NCBI GenBank assembly: GCA_964016885.1
Contig: OZ024741.1
Coordinates: forward strand, 295,492,001 to 295,556,000
Length of the DNA: 64,000 nt
Direction: 5' to 3'
DNA from: Eledone cirrhosa
Lineage: Eukaryota
Made by a program: the position numbers and the translations under genes. The notes below the pieces were generated by a model. The model was not told the origin of the DNA and ran no database searches. It saw only the letters and a program-made list of their open reading frames with translations. This document shows, piece by piece, positions 40,889 through 55,035 of this stretch. Each line of letters opens with the position of its first letter. Position 1 is the stretch's first letter.

Positions 40889-41699
40889 ATCAACCCAGTA
40901 TATGACTGGTACTTTATTTTATTGACCAGAAGGATAAAAGCAAAACTGAATCAAAATAATGGTTTCTAATTTAGGCACAAGGCCAATAATTTTCGAGGGG
41001 GGGGGGTGATTAACTCGTCTCCAGTGAATCACTGGTACTTTATTTTATCAACCTCATAAAAATGAAAGGCAAAGCTAACATCAGTGGGATTTGAACTCAG
41101 AATGTAAAGGGGAGTAACTATATGCCACAAAGCATGTTGTCAGATGCTCTACCGATTCTGCCAATGCACTGCCAAATCAAAGTGATGAATACAAATATAC
41201 CAAGATGGGGCTTACAAAAATCAAAAAGCTAACAATGCAGTCTTAAACCAACTAAGTGAAGTCTTGTTCAGTAGACTTCATATAATATTAAGTTGGAAAT
41301 TATAAACCAGTTATTCAGCATCAGTAATAGCACATAAAAATTAAAATTGACCTCTGTAAGATTTGAACTCAGAGTGGAGAGACTCAGAACAGATACCATA
41401 AAGCATATTTTTGTTTGATGCCCAAACAACTTCACTAATTCACCACATTCAGGGATGAACATGTAGAAAATTGCCTACATTACAGAATAACCTGGTTCAA
41501 GTAGCTCTGATATGATCAATGATTTTTTTTCTTTACTGTATAGAGCTTATTTTATTTTACAAAGCTATTTAATTAAAAACAAAACACACAATTAAAGCCA
41601 ACAAAAAAAGGGAAATGAAAAGAAAAAGAAAACAGAATAAAGCAATGAAAGAAAGGAAGAAGGGGTGACAAACAGTACACCCCAGTCAGAACGGTGCTT

Positions 41700-41915
41700 C
41701 AGCCATGCCTCACAGACATAATGGTAAAAGCTTACCACAGAGAATGGCCAGAGACACCTGCTGCAACAACCATTCCACCTCATGGAGCTCCCTCCTCAAG
41801 CAGGCCACTGTCTTTCTGATTTTATGGAGGAAACCAGCAGTGCAGGAACCAAGGACACCAGAGGTCTTCACACAGAATGGCACAAAGAGGACACAGTCGT
41901 TCCAGCTCCAGTATT
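41700..41915 (-). mobile_element. CRE-like RLE C-terminal fragment
   Basis: FVPFCVKTSGVLG...FLHKI...ELHEVEWLLQQVSLAILCG. Confidence 0.6.
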
Positions 41916-42251
41916 GTTCAGTAATTCAAACTACAAACTGATGCTTCCTGCCTTTGAAATAAAACTGATATGTTTTGCACTTTTTAACCAATCTAACACT
42001 AGAGCCATCAAAATCTAAACTAGCTACTTTAGAATTTGAACTGACAAATTGCTATAAATAATTTCTCACTTTTGCACCAGCTAGCTTGAAATTTCTGTTT
42101 TATGACCTGTGAAGCTTTCTTACAAGTAGTAAAGAAATAAAAGAATAGTGAAAACTATATGTAAAGTAACAAATAAGGCTGGTGTCAGAAAATTGGGTAT
42201 GTTAATACGTTGCAGTAATATATATATATATTGAATTTGATCTGAATTAAC

Positions 42252-42485
42252 AAGATCCCAGACCTCATTCATTTACAGAGTGGAGTAGAACACACCAAAT
42301 CAGACTAAGAAACTAATGTTTCCATTAGTCTTTCCAATTGCTAATATCATCTACCAGTCACAACTCCTGGGAGAAGGAGCAGCACGAAATAAAGTATCTT
42401 GCTCAAGGACACAACACATCACTCAGTCCAGGATTGGAACTCACAACAGCCCATTTGTGAATCCAGTTCTCTAACCACTATGCCA
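42252..42485 (-). mobile_element. SINE S2
   Basis: Reverse complement of the S2 consensus. Confidence 0.72.
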
Positions 42486-43227
42486 AATGACTGAAGTCAA
42501 ATGACTGAAGCCAGTAAAAGAATGAAAAAATAAAGGAATATATGGGGAACAAAACAAGAAGAAAAGAAAAACAAGAGAGGTTATAGTACAGAAAATTGAA
42601 GTTATTAGGTTAATGTTTTGGAGAAGTAAAAAAAGAGTTAATTATGACGTTTTGGGCAACGCCTTTCTTTAGAAGAATAAGAAAAGAATGGCGGAAAGAA
42701 TGGAGAAATAATAAAAAAAATAAAGAGAAAAAAGTTTGAGGCAATTTGCCACATGCCTCCTGGATTGTGATATTTATATATTATATGTTTGTGTATGTGT
42801 ATAAAAGACAATCTCATGTAAAAGTTAAGTTTAGTACATTTAGCTTTTTTACTGAGTGTAAGTGGACATATAAGAGTTATATGGGGAGACAGAGCTTGTT
42901 AGCCTTGGTTAACAGCCTGTCTAGGAAAAGAGTCACTCTGATTTCAAAACTAGCATAGACAAGACTCCTTAACCACCTTGGCAACAAATTTTCACATGAC
43001 CAAGGGCAGCTCATCTTTCTGAGGAAGATGGATGAGCTGCAGCTCAGTAGCCAGCTTCTGAGTAATAGTCAGAACAGGATTCAGGACCAACCAATTTCAA
43101 TCTTTTTTTGCTAATGAGAATTATGGATATACAGCATCATATAGATGAGCATTCGTGCAATTGTCCATGGTCCCCAACCCTCAACAATGAGGGTGGGAAG
43201 AGACCAGACCAGATATACATACACACA

Positions 43228-45320
43228 TGAGGAGAATAAATGGGAGAAAGACAGTCTCCCCCACATCGACCCAATAGAGGGACCAGCAGTGTTAGTCGAG
43301 GGTAGTATAATAAGTAAGGCAATCAAAGATATGAAGACAGGCAAGGCGGCTGGGCCTTCGGAAATAGTTGCCGAGATGCTGAAGGCATCTGGTACGGTGG
43401 GACACACCATGGTCACCCGGATAGTCAACCAAGTCATACAGAATGGGGTTGTTCCGAAGGACTGGCGCACCAGCATTATCGTTAACTGTTATAAGGGTAA
43501 AGGAGATGCACTAGATAGGAGTAACTATAGAGGCATTAAATTAATCGACCAGGTCATGAAGGTCACGGGAAAAGTTATAGCGCAACTAATCAGAGAGCGA
43601 ATTGATCTAGATGAAATGCAGTTCGGGTTTGTGTCAGGAAAAAGTACCACAGACGCTCTTTTCATTGTACGACAACTACAGGAGAAGTACCTAGCTAAAA
43701 GTAAACCCCTATACTTAGCTTTCGTCGACTTGGAGAAGGCCTTCGACAGAGTCCCCCGTTCCATTATCTGGTGGGCTCTTAGAAAACTAGGTGTTGATGA
43801 ATGGCTTGTGAGAGCTATACAAGCCATGTATAAAGAAACAGTTAGCAAGGTTAGAATTAACAACGAATATAGTGAAGAGTTTAGTGTAAAAGTTGGTGTT
43901 CATCAGGGCTCTGTTCTTAGCCCCCTACTATTTATTATTGCCCTCCAGGCTATAACAGTGGAGTTCAAGACCGGCTGCCCATGGGAACTCCTATACGCAG
44001 ATGATCTAACGCTCATAGCTGAATCAATGGCCGAGCTAGAGAAGAAATTCCGAACATGGAAGCACGGCCTAGAATCAAAAGGCCTTAAAATTAACCTAGC
44101 TAAGACTAAAGTTCTAGTTTGTAAGAAAGAAAATAAGGCGGCGGTCCCCTCCGGGAAGTGGCCATGCGCAGAGTGTAGGAAAGGCGTAGGTAGAAATTCC
44201 ATTTTGTGTCCCAAATGCAAAGTTTGGGTGCATAAAAGATGTAGTGGGATCACAGGTAAGTTAACTAAGAACATAGATTTTACATGTGGCCGGTGTTCTG
44301 GGGATATAAGTAGCAGCAAGTGCCCACAAAATACTAGCTCTTTCAACTGCGCAGAGGGTTCTATAGAAATAGTGGACAGCTTCCGTTACCTGGGTGACAA
44401 AATCAGCAGTGGGGGAGGGTGCTCTGAAAGTACAGTAGCTAGAGTCAGAACTGGGTGGAAAAAGTTCAGAGAGCTTATACCACTATTAGCCGCTAAAGGG
44501 TTCTCCCTAAAAATGAAAGGCAGGCTGTACGATGCCTGCATACGAACAGCAATGTTGCATGGCAGTGAGACCTGGGCATTGTGTGCAGAGGATATACGCA
44601 GACTAGAGAGAAACGAAGCTTGCATGCTCCGCTGGATGTGTAATAGTAATATACGTGAACGACAAAGCATAAACGAACTAAGGAAAAAATTAGAAATAAG
44701 AGGGATCAGATGTTGTTTACTAGAGAGAAGGCTACGTTGGTATGGTCACGTGATGCGCATGAAGGATGATAGCTGTATAACAAAGTGCAGGGCAATAAAG
44801 ATAGACGGTAGCCACGGAATAGGCAGACCCAGAAAAACCTGGGACGAATTGATAAACACCGACCTCACACACTTACACCTCACCAAGACAATGTCACTGG
44901 ACCGAGACCTTTGGCGGTACTCAGTAATAGAGAAGACCCGCCTTGCCAGTAGGCATCTCTAACAAAATACACCCCGTCCCACCACCACAACCCCCACCCC
45001 ATCCACACCACCCCGTTCTATGTAAAGTTATGTTGGTGCCGCGCCATCCAGGCCGAAACAAATGAGATCGTGTAGGTGTCACGACAAAAAAACACACAGT
45101 CCACGCTGTAATGTGGCCGTGTAGGCAACACGGTAAAAACCTCCCAGACCCACACTGTAAATGTGGTTGGTGTTAGGAAGGGCATCCAACTGTAGAAAAC
45201 CTGCCAGACAGTCCTATGCGAGCAAGAAAATCACTCTTGCCTCAAGTGGGACTACCCCCGTCCAAACCCATGCAAGCGTGGAACACGGACGTTAAATGAT
45301 GATGATGATGATGATGATGA
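43228..45320 (+). mobile_element. RTE-clade LINE, 5'-truncated, with uninterrupted RT-to-stop frame, 3'UTR and (ATG)n tail; a second RTE 3'UTR follows at 45321-45537
   Basis: ORF 43145..44962: YKGKGD..NYRGIKL, QFGF, FVDLEKAFDRV, GVHQGSVLSP, YADD, PHD-like finger, FRYLG. Confidence 0.95.
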
Positions 45321-46064
45321 CATAGGTTGTGTAGGCGCCACGGTAAAAAAGTACCCAGTACTCACTGTAAATGAGGTTGGTGTTAGGAAGGGCATCCAGC
45401 TGTAGAAATCAAGCCATAATCAGTTCCGTATGAGCAAGACATGTTCACCTGACCAGGCATTGCTCACAACAGGATAACCCGTCTAACCCATGCTAGCGTG
45501 GAAGAATGGACATAAAACAGTGATGATGATGATGATAGACACATTTGCTGATATTCAATGAGTCATTTGAAAGAATCTTTAAATGTCTCTTTTATCCCCC
45601 ACTTCTTTTTTACAAGATTAATAATTAAAGTTTTGAGGGGTAACAATTTAAATACTGTATTCATAACCCAATACTTCACTAATATTGTTTAGAATTCTTT
45701 TACTGGTTTCCCTTAGAGGGATTTAGTCCATTGTATCGATACCTGTACGTTCTTTTGTTGTTTGTTTTGGAAATGTTGAATTCTGGTACATATTTTATCG
45801 ATCTCTTTTGTTGAACTGCTAAGTTACAAGACGTGTACACAGATACAAACATAACCATAAACACAAACAAGCATACACATACATTGTATACACAAGGTTG
45901 GCTGAAAGGTTTATTGGCTGATCAAGATACTCTCATAGAATGACTAAATGTGGTGTATTTTTCAACATAAATCCTGCAAAGAAACAATGCAGTTATTAAT
46001 AAGAAAAGTTGAAATTAATGCATGCAAGATTTCACAGTTCTAGTATCACACATGTGTATGCGTA

Positions 46065-46100
<36 letters not shown>

Positions 46101-46313
46101 CACAGCTGGTGATATGCATGTAAGTAAATATTTTCCTTATCTGATATTTTGTAACTAACCTTACATAGATCGATAACGAAGTATAGTTACAATGTATTAT
46201 CATCACCTAGAAACGATCGTAAAGCAGTGAAGTATATTTCTAATGACTTGATTTTTTATTTCATTGTTTTAACTTATATATATATATATATATATATATA
46301 GGGGGGGGTGTAA

Positions 46314-49300
46314 AGTGAACCCCTTAACCACAAAGCTATGCCTACACCTATGCTGTGGGTTAAACCCCTTAACCACATAGCTTTCCTACACCTATGTTGT
46401 GGGTTAAACCCCTTAACCACACAGCTTTCCTACTCCTATGTTGTGAAATAAACTCCTTAACAATACAGCTTTCCTACACCTGTTGTGTGATAAACTCCTT
46501 AACAATTCAACTTTCCTACAACTGTTGTGTGATAAACTCCTTAACAATACAGCTTTCCTACACCTGTTGTGTGATAAACTCCTTAACAATTCAACTTTCC
46601 TACACCTGTTGTGTGATAAACTCCTTAACAATTCAACTTTCCTACAACTGTTGTGTGATAAACTCCTTAACAATACAGCTTTCCTACACCTGTTGTGTGA
46701 TAAATTCCTTAACAATACAGCTTTCCTACACCTGTTGTGTGATAAACTCCTTAACAATACAGCTTTCCTACACCTGTTGTGTGATAAACTCCTTAACAAT
46801 TCAACTTTCCTACACCTGTTGTGTGATAAACTCTTTAACAATTCAACTTTCCTACACCTGTTGTGTGATAAACTCCTTAACAATACAGCTTTCCTACACC
46901 TGTTGTGTGATAAACTCCTTAACAATTCAACTTTCCTACACCTGTTGTGTGATAAACTCCTTAACAATTCAACTTTCCTACACCTGTTGTGTGATAAACT
47001 CCTTAACAATTCAACTTTCCTACACCTGTTGTGTGATAAACTCCTTAACAATTCAACTTTCCTACACCTGTTGTGTGATAAACTCCTTAACAATTCAACT
47101 TTCCTACACCTGTTGTGTGATAAACTCCTCAACAATACAGCTTTCCTACACCTGTTGTGTGATAAACTCCTTAACAATTCAACTTTCCTACACCTGTTGT
47201 GTGATAAACTCCTTAACAATACAGCTTTCCTACACCTGTTGTGTGATAAACTCCTTAACAATTCAACTTTCCTACACCTGTTGTGTGATAAACTCCTTAA
47301 CAATTCAACTTTCCTACACCTGTTGTGTGATAAACTCCTTAACAATTCAACTTTCCTACACCTGTTGTGTGATAAACTCCTTAACAATTCAACTTTCCTA
47401 CACCTGTTGTGTGATAAACTCCTTAACAATTCAACTTTCCTACACCTGTTGTGTGATAAACTCCTCAACAATACAGCTTTCCTACACCTGTTGTGTGATA
47501 AACTCCTTAACAATTCAACTTTCCTACACCTGTTGTGTGATAAACTCCTTAACAATTCAACTTTCCTACACCTGTTGTGTGATAAACTCCTTAACAATTC
47601 AACTTTCCTACACCTGTTGTGTGATAAACTCCTTAACAATTCAACTTTCCTACACCTGTTGTGTGATAAACTCCTTAACAATTCAACTTTCCTACACCTG
47701 TTGTGTGATAAACTCCTTAACAATACAGCTTTCCTACACCTGTTGTGTGATAAACTCCTTAACAATACAGCTTTCCTACACCTGTTGTGTGATAAACTCC
47801 TTAACAATTCAACTTTCCTACACCTGTTGTGTGATAAACTCCTTAACAATTCAACTTTCCTACACCTGTTGTGTGATAAACTCCTTAACAATTCAACTTT
47901 CCTACACCTGTTGTGTGATAAACTCCTTAACAATTCAACTTTCCTACACCTGTTGTGTGATAAACTCCTTAACAATTCAACTTTCCTACACCTGTTGTGT
48001 GATAAACTCCTTAACAATACAGCTTTCCTACACCTGTTGTGTGATAAACTCCTTAACAATACAGCTTTCCTACACCTATGTTGTGGAATAAACTCCTTAA
48101 CAATACAGCTTTCCTACACCTGTTGTGTGATAAACTCCTTAACAATTCAACTTTCCTACACCTGTTGTGTGATAAACTCCTTAACAATTCAACTTTCCTA
48201 CACCTGTTGTGTGATAAACTCCTTAACAATACAGCTTTCCTACACCTATGTTGTGGAATAAACTCCTTAACAATTCAACTTTCCTACATCTGTTGTGTGA
48301 TAAACTCCTTAACAATTCAACTTTCCTACACCTGTTGTGTGATAAACTCCTTAACAATACAGCTTTCCTACACCTGTTGTGTGATAAACTCCTTAACAAT
48401 ACAGCTTTCCTACACCTGTTGTGTGATAAACTCCTTAACAATTCAACTTTCCTACACCTGTTGTGTGATAAACTCCTTAACAATTCAACTTTCCTACACC
48501 TGTTGTGTGATAAACTCCTTAACAATACAGCTTTCCTACACCTGTTGTGTGATAAACTCCTTAACAATACAGCTTTCCTACACCTGTTGTGTGATAAACT
48601 CCTTAACAATACAGCTTTCCTACACCTATGTTGTGGAATAAACTCCTTAACAATACAGCTTTCCTACACCTGTTGTGTGATAAACTCCTTAACAATTCAA
48701 CTTTCCTACACCTGTTGTGTGATAAACTCCTTAACAATACAGCTTTCCTACACCTATGTTGTGGAATAAACTCCTTAACAATACAGCTTTCCTACACCTA
48801 TGTTGTGGAATAAACTCCTTAACAATACAGCTTTCCTACACCTGTTGTGTGATAAACTCCTTAACAATTCAACTTTCCTACACCTGTTGTGTGATAAACT
48901 CCTTAACAATACAGCTTTCCTACACCTGTTGTGTGATAAACTCCTTAACAATTCAACTTTCCTACACCTGTTGTGTGATAAACTCCTTAACAATACAGCT
49001 TTCCTACACCTGTTGTGTGATAAACTCCTTAACAATTCAACTTTCCTACACCTGTTGTGTGATAAACTCCTTAACAATTCAACTTTCCTACACCTGTTGT
49101 GTGATAAACTCCTTAACAATACAGCTTTCCTACACCTATGTTGTGGAATAAACTCCTTAACAATACAGCTTTCCTACACCTATGTTGTGGAATAAACTCC
49201 TTAACAATACAGCTTTCCTACACCTATGTTGTGTGATAAACTCCTTAACAATACAGCTTTCCTACACCTATGTTGTGGAATAAACTCCTTAACAATACAG

Positions 49301-50252
49301 CTTTCCTTCACCTATGTTGTGTGATAAACTCCTTAACAATACAGCTTTCCTACACCTGTTGTGTGATAAACTCCTTAACAATTCAACTTTCCTACACATG
49401 TTGTGTGATAAACTCCTTAACAATACAGCTTTCCTACACCTATGTTGTGTGATAAACTCCTTAACAATACAGCTTTCCTACACCTGTTGTGTGATAAACT
49501 CCTTAACAATTCAACTTTCCTACACCTGTTGTGTGATAAACTCCTTAACAATACAGCTTTCCTACACCTGTTGTGTGATAAACTCCTTAACAATTCAACT
49601 TTCCTACACCTGTTGTGTGATAAACTCCTTAACAATTCAACTTTCCTACACCTGTTGTGTGATAAACTCCTTAACAATACAGCTTTCCTACACCTGTTGT
49701 GTGATAAACTCCTTAACAATTCAACTTTCCTACACCTGTTGTGTGATAAACTCCTTAACAATTCAACTTTCCTACACCTGTTGTGTGATAAACTCCTTAA
49801 CAATACAGCTTTCCTACACCTGTTGTGTGATAAACTCCTTAACAATACAGCTTTCCTACACCTATGTTGTGGAATAAACTCCTTAACAATACAGCTTTCC
49901 TACACCTGTTGTGTGATAAACTCCTTAACAATACAGCTTTCCTACACCTGTTGTGTGATAAACTCCTTAACAATACAGCTTTCCTACACCTATGTTGTGG
50001 AATAAACTCCTTAACAATACAGCTTTCCTACACCTGTTGTGTGATAAACTCCTTAACAATACAGCTTTCCTACACCTGTTGTGTGATAAACTCCTTAACA
50101 ATACAGCTTTCCTACACCTATGTTGTGGAATAAACTCCTTAACAATACAGCTTTCCTACACCTATGTTGTGGAATAAACTCCTTAACAATACAGCTATGT
50201 TTGCACCAATGTGGTGAAGTGAACTCCTTAACCACACAGCTATGCCTGTACC
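46314..50252. repeat. 42-bp (with 44-bp variants) minisatellite, ~90 copies
   Basis: Unit ttcctacacctgttgtgtgataaactccttaacaat(acag|tcaa)ct. Confidence 0.98.
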
Positions 50253-51280
50253 TATAAATGTACAATTTAATCAGAAGACAATCAAATATAATTTAATCTC
50301 CAGCTGACAAGTGATTCTCAACACATTACCAACAACGACAGCACCAAATTCAATAAAATTATTGTTTTTTCAGAAACACACACAAGCAGAATAATCAATT
50401 GTATCATTGTTACAGAGTAAAGCACAATTATAATTACTAATTTGTTAAGCTGCACAGTTTCTGTGAGATTAGTACTTGTCTATTTGTGGCAGTTCTTGCA
50501 TACAATTTACTTTCTTTCCACCCCAAAACGTGGAGAGGAATGAGGTAGGAATACATTTGGGACTTTTCTCTATAAGACATTAATATAATAGTTAGTCCAA
50601 TGGGATTGAGCCATCTGATACAACACACACATATATAAGTAAGCAATAGTTGGATATCATCACTAAACAATCTCTCTCTTCTTTACATTTCAGGCAGTTT
50701 ATAACTTCACTTGTGGTTATTATTGGTATGAACATATTTCACTCTTGAGATGTTTTGTTTTTGTTGTTGTTTTTTTAATCAAGGAACAACTGTATGAGTG
50801 CATTTAAAGAGAAGGAGGGAGAGTGAGAGAGAGGTAGAGGCTGAAACAGACAGTAGGACAGGTACACATAGAAAAATGGGCAAATTAGTTGGTAAATAAC
50901 TAAAGTGACTAGATAGAATGTGGATAAATAGACAAACTACTGATGGTCAGTGGTAGACAGACTGTTGACATCATCATCATCATTTAACATCTGTTTTCCC
51001 TGTTAGCACTGAAGTCAGTACTGAAGTGGAGCTATTGACTTCCCAGACAGGCTAAGAGGTCTGTATCTTGCTTATGTATGGTCAATACTGCAAAGCATTT
51101 TGTCTGACACTAACAATTCTGCTAATCCACATCGCTGGACTGGGGCTTGATTTATCAACACTGAAAGTATGAAAAGCAAAGCTGACTGCTACAGTATTTG
51201 AACTCTGTGCTATTTGTTCCAACTCTCTGTGCACTAAGTATTTAATCCAACATGTCAATTTGTTGCCTTAAAGAATATAT

Positions 51281-51690
51281 AATTGTTTCTACTTTTGGCA
51301 CAAGGCCAGCAATTACTCAGTGCATTACTGGTACTTTATTTCATCGACTCCGTGAGGATGAAAGGCAAAGTTAACCTCGGCGGGATTTGAACTCAGAATG
51401 GCAAGGGACGTAACTCTATGCGTCAAAGCATGGCGTCCGACTCTCTACCGATACTGCCAATCCAAATGATTTCTACTATATATAATGATTTCTACAACAA
51501 GCCAGAAATTTGGGGAGAGGGAAAAGTCGATTAAACCGACCCCAGTGCATCACTGGTGCCTTATTTTATCAACTCCATAAGGATGAAAGGCAAAACTAAT
51601 CTCGGCAGGATTTGAACTCAGAACGTAAAGAGCCATAACTCTATGCTATGAAGCATGGTGTCTGACGCTCTACCGAAACTGCCAATCCCC
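51281..51690 (-). mobile_element. Two adjacent SINE S1-type copies (51281-51464, 51490-51690)
   Basis: Reverse complement of the S1 consensus. Confidence 0.85.
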
Positions 51691-52947
51691 TGCCCTCTTA
51701 AAGAATATATGATATGAACAGGTAAATATAGGAGGTATATGAGCTACAGTTTGGTAAAGTGTTATATATTTGGTGTTGGTACCTTACACTAATGCTTCTA
51801 TATCGACTATTTAACTTGTCTAACTACCTATACTAATAACCTTAATGATACAGTTATGCTGGAGTGGTGCAGGTTTTTTATTTTATTTTTCCATTACATA
51901 AACACACAACATACATAGAGACAGTTATATATGCATACACACACAAATATATACATACAGACACATATACACAAATGCAAACATATATACATGCATACAT
52001 ACATTCAAACAAACATACATATATATATACATACATACATACACACATAGAGAAAATTATATACGCATACAGACACAAATATATACATACACACATACGC
52101 ACATGCAAACATGTATATATATATATGTGTGTGTGTATATATGTATGTGTATATATATATATACACACACACATATACATACATGCACACACATACACAC
52201 GTACATATACATACATTAGTTTCCTACATTCAGTTTGTCTTCTCAGTATGAAATTACCAATAAATCTATGAAACATTGCCATAGTGAAATAAACATTAAC
52301 ACACTCAACTAAACATTGACTACTACTATTACTGCTGTTGCTGTACTACTATTACTACTACCACCACCACCACTACTACTACTACTGCTGCTACTACTAC
52401 TACTGCTGCTACTACTACTACTACTACTACCACCACTACTACCAACAACACCACCACCACTTGTGTAATAATTGTTTCTACTTTTGGCACAAGGCCAGCA
52501 ATACCCAGTAATGTACTGGTACTTTATTTTATCAACCCCATAAGGATGAAAAAATAAAGTACCACTAATGTACTGGATAATTGCTGGCCTTGTGCCAAAA
52601 TAGAAACAATTATTACACAAGTGGTGGTGGTGTTGTTGGTAGTAGTGGTGGTGGTGGTAGTAGTAGTAGTAGACTAATACTACCACCACCACTACTACCA
52701 ACACCAACACCATCACTTGTGTAATAATGCTCACTCTAAGTATTAGTAATAACTGTAGCTTGTTGTAGAACATAGTACAGTTCCTTGCCTGCAAATATAT
52801 AGACCAACATGTTCATTAACACCTCCCCCATAATATAAACACACACAAACGTATGTAAGTGTATGTATATATATCATGATCATTTAATATGCATATGTAC
52901 ATATATGTATATATCATCATCATTTTACGTCCGCTTTTCCCTGCTTG

Positions 52948-53021
<74 letters not shown>

Positions 53022-53159
53022 ATGTATATATATATATGTATATATATATATATACACACACACCCACACACATATATATCCGTACACACATGTATATATA
53101 TATACACACACACATATATATATGATATAGTTATAAATTAGAGACTGTGTTACAGTGTG

Positions 53160-54960
53160 TTTAACAGAGAATTGATGAAGAAAAGAAGAGAGAATAAATA
53201 GAAGTGGAGAAAGAAAGTAAATAAATAAATGAATAATAAAAGGAAAGAAAGAATAACGAAAAGAAAAAGAAGAAAAACAGACTGAGAAGAAATGGAATGA
53301 AAGACATGAAAGAAAAGAATGGAATGAAAGCTAAAAGAAAAAAACAAAAAAGCAGGTAACAAAGGGAGTGTGAAAAAAAAACAACAAAAAGGAAAAGAAG
53401 GGGAAAAGAAAAAAGAAAGTGGGAAAAGAAAAAAAGTAAAAGTTTGTGTGGTGGGTTAAAAAATAAAAAAAAGGAAAAGAGAAAAAAACAAAAAAGGAAT
53501 GAGGAAAATGGAAAGAAGGAAAGAAACAAAGGAGGTAAAAGTTGGGTAAGAAGAAAACAAACAAACAAAAGCAGAGAATGAAAATAGAAATATGTGTAAA
53601 TGAATAAAAAGAGGTAATAATACATAAAAAGATGTGTAGATAGATAATAGAGATGTGTACATAAGTAAAAGGAGGTAGAGAAAAATTAAATATGTGTAGA
53701 AAAAAATATCAATATTTTATAAGATGTGACTAGAAAAAGAAATATGTATAGATAAAAGAAAACAGTGTGTAGATTGATAAAAAGATGTGTAGAGAGGGAA
53801 AAAGATGTGTAGGTTAATAAAAGGGTGTGTGGATAAAGAAAACGATGTTTAGACAGAGGAAAAAGATGTAGGTAAATATATAAGATGTGCAGATAAATTA
53901 ATGTGCTTTGAAATTAATATAAAAAAGATGTATAGGTAAATAAATAAAGGAAATGTGTAGAAAAGTAAAAAGATGTGTATTCAGATAAAAAAAAAAATAG
54001 AGATAAATATGATGCCTGTGTGAGATGTGCAATGCTGCATGGTAGTGTCAATGTGATCGACCAAGCATGGATAAAATGTAGATGTGGGAGAGAAGACTGC
54101 GTTGGTATGGCCATGTGATGTGCGTGGGAGATGACCGCTGGGTGAAGAAGTGCCAAGAAATCCTGGTGGAAGGAAGATGCAGTAGAGGAAGACCATGAAA
54201 AACATGGGCGAAGATGGTGAGAGGTGACCACAGATCGCTGAAGCTCACAGAGGAGATAACGAGGAACCGGGACAAATGTACTGAAGAGAACCCATCCCAC
54301 CCTTGCAAGCAGGGAAAAGGGGACGTAAAATGATGATGATGATGATGATGATGATGAGATGACAAAGAGTGTAACTAACTAAATATGTTTTGATAAATAA
54401 AAAAAATGTGTAGATAAATAAACAAGTGTGTAGAAAAAGATTCATAGATAAATAAAAATATTTGTAGATAGATGAAAGGGAGTGTAGTTTAGTAAAAAGA
54501 TGTCTAGTAGATAAAAAGATGCCAGTAAATAAAAGGTTGAATAGATAGAAAAAAAGACGTATAAATTAATAAAAAGATGTAAATAAATACAAATATGTAT
54601 AAATTAATAAAAAGATGTGTAGATAAATTTCTAAAATGTCAAGAATTAAAAGATGTGGTTCAAAGTAGAACGTTGAGTTGATAAAAAGTTGTTATATACA
54701 TAAAATTATGTAACAATAAATAAAAAAGATGCATGGGAATAAAAAGATGTGTAGAAAAAGATAAAAATATGGATAGATGAATAAAAAGATGAGTAGATGA
54801 ATAAAAAGATGAGTAGATGGATAAAAAGATGTGTAGCAAGTTAGTCAAAGTTGTATAGAGAGAGATATGAATTGAAAGGTAGAGGGATAGATAGATGAAA
54901 CAGAAGAAAAGAGGGTTGAAAGCATTAAAGAGATGTCTTAGATTGTAAGAAAAAGAAAGA
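53160..54960. repeat. Purine-skewed low-complexity tract with degenerate ~19-bp repeat (aataaaaagatgtgtagat), interrupted by an RTE fragment at 54005-54358
   Basis: Directly visible. Confidence 0.75.
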
Positions 54961-54967
54961 GGAATAT

Positions 54968-55035
<68 letters not shown>

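Noticed and set aside
43525-44670. Antisense ORFs over the RTE copies
   Set aside because: Shadow frames of RT coding sequence
46394-50177. Long ORFs (up to 592 aa) in the 42-bp array; also a possible CRISPR-like array
   Set aside because: A unit length divisible by 3 keeps frames open on both strands; there are no unique spacers or cas genes, and the context is eukaryotic
51864-53662. YI/HT/F-rich ORFs (also at 8.4, 16.6-18.1 and 63 kb)
   Set aside because: Microsatellite and low-complexity translations
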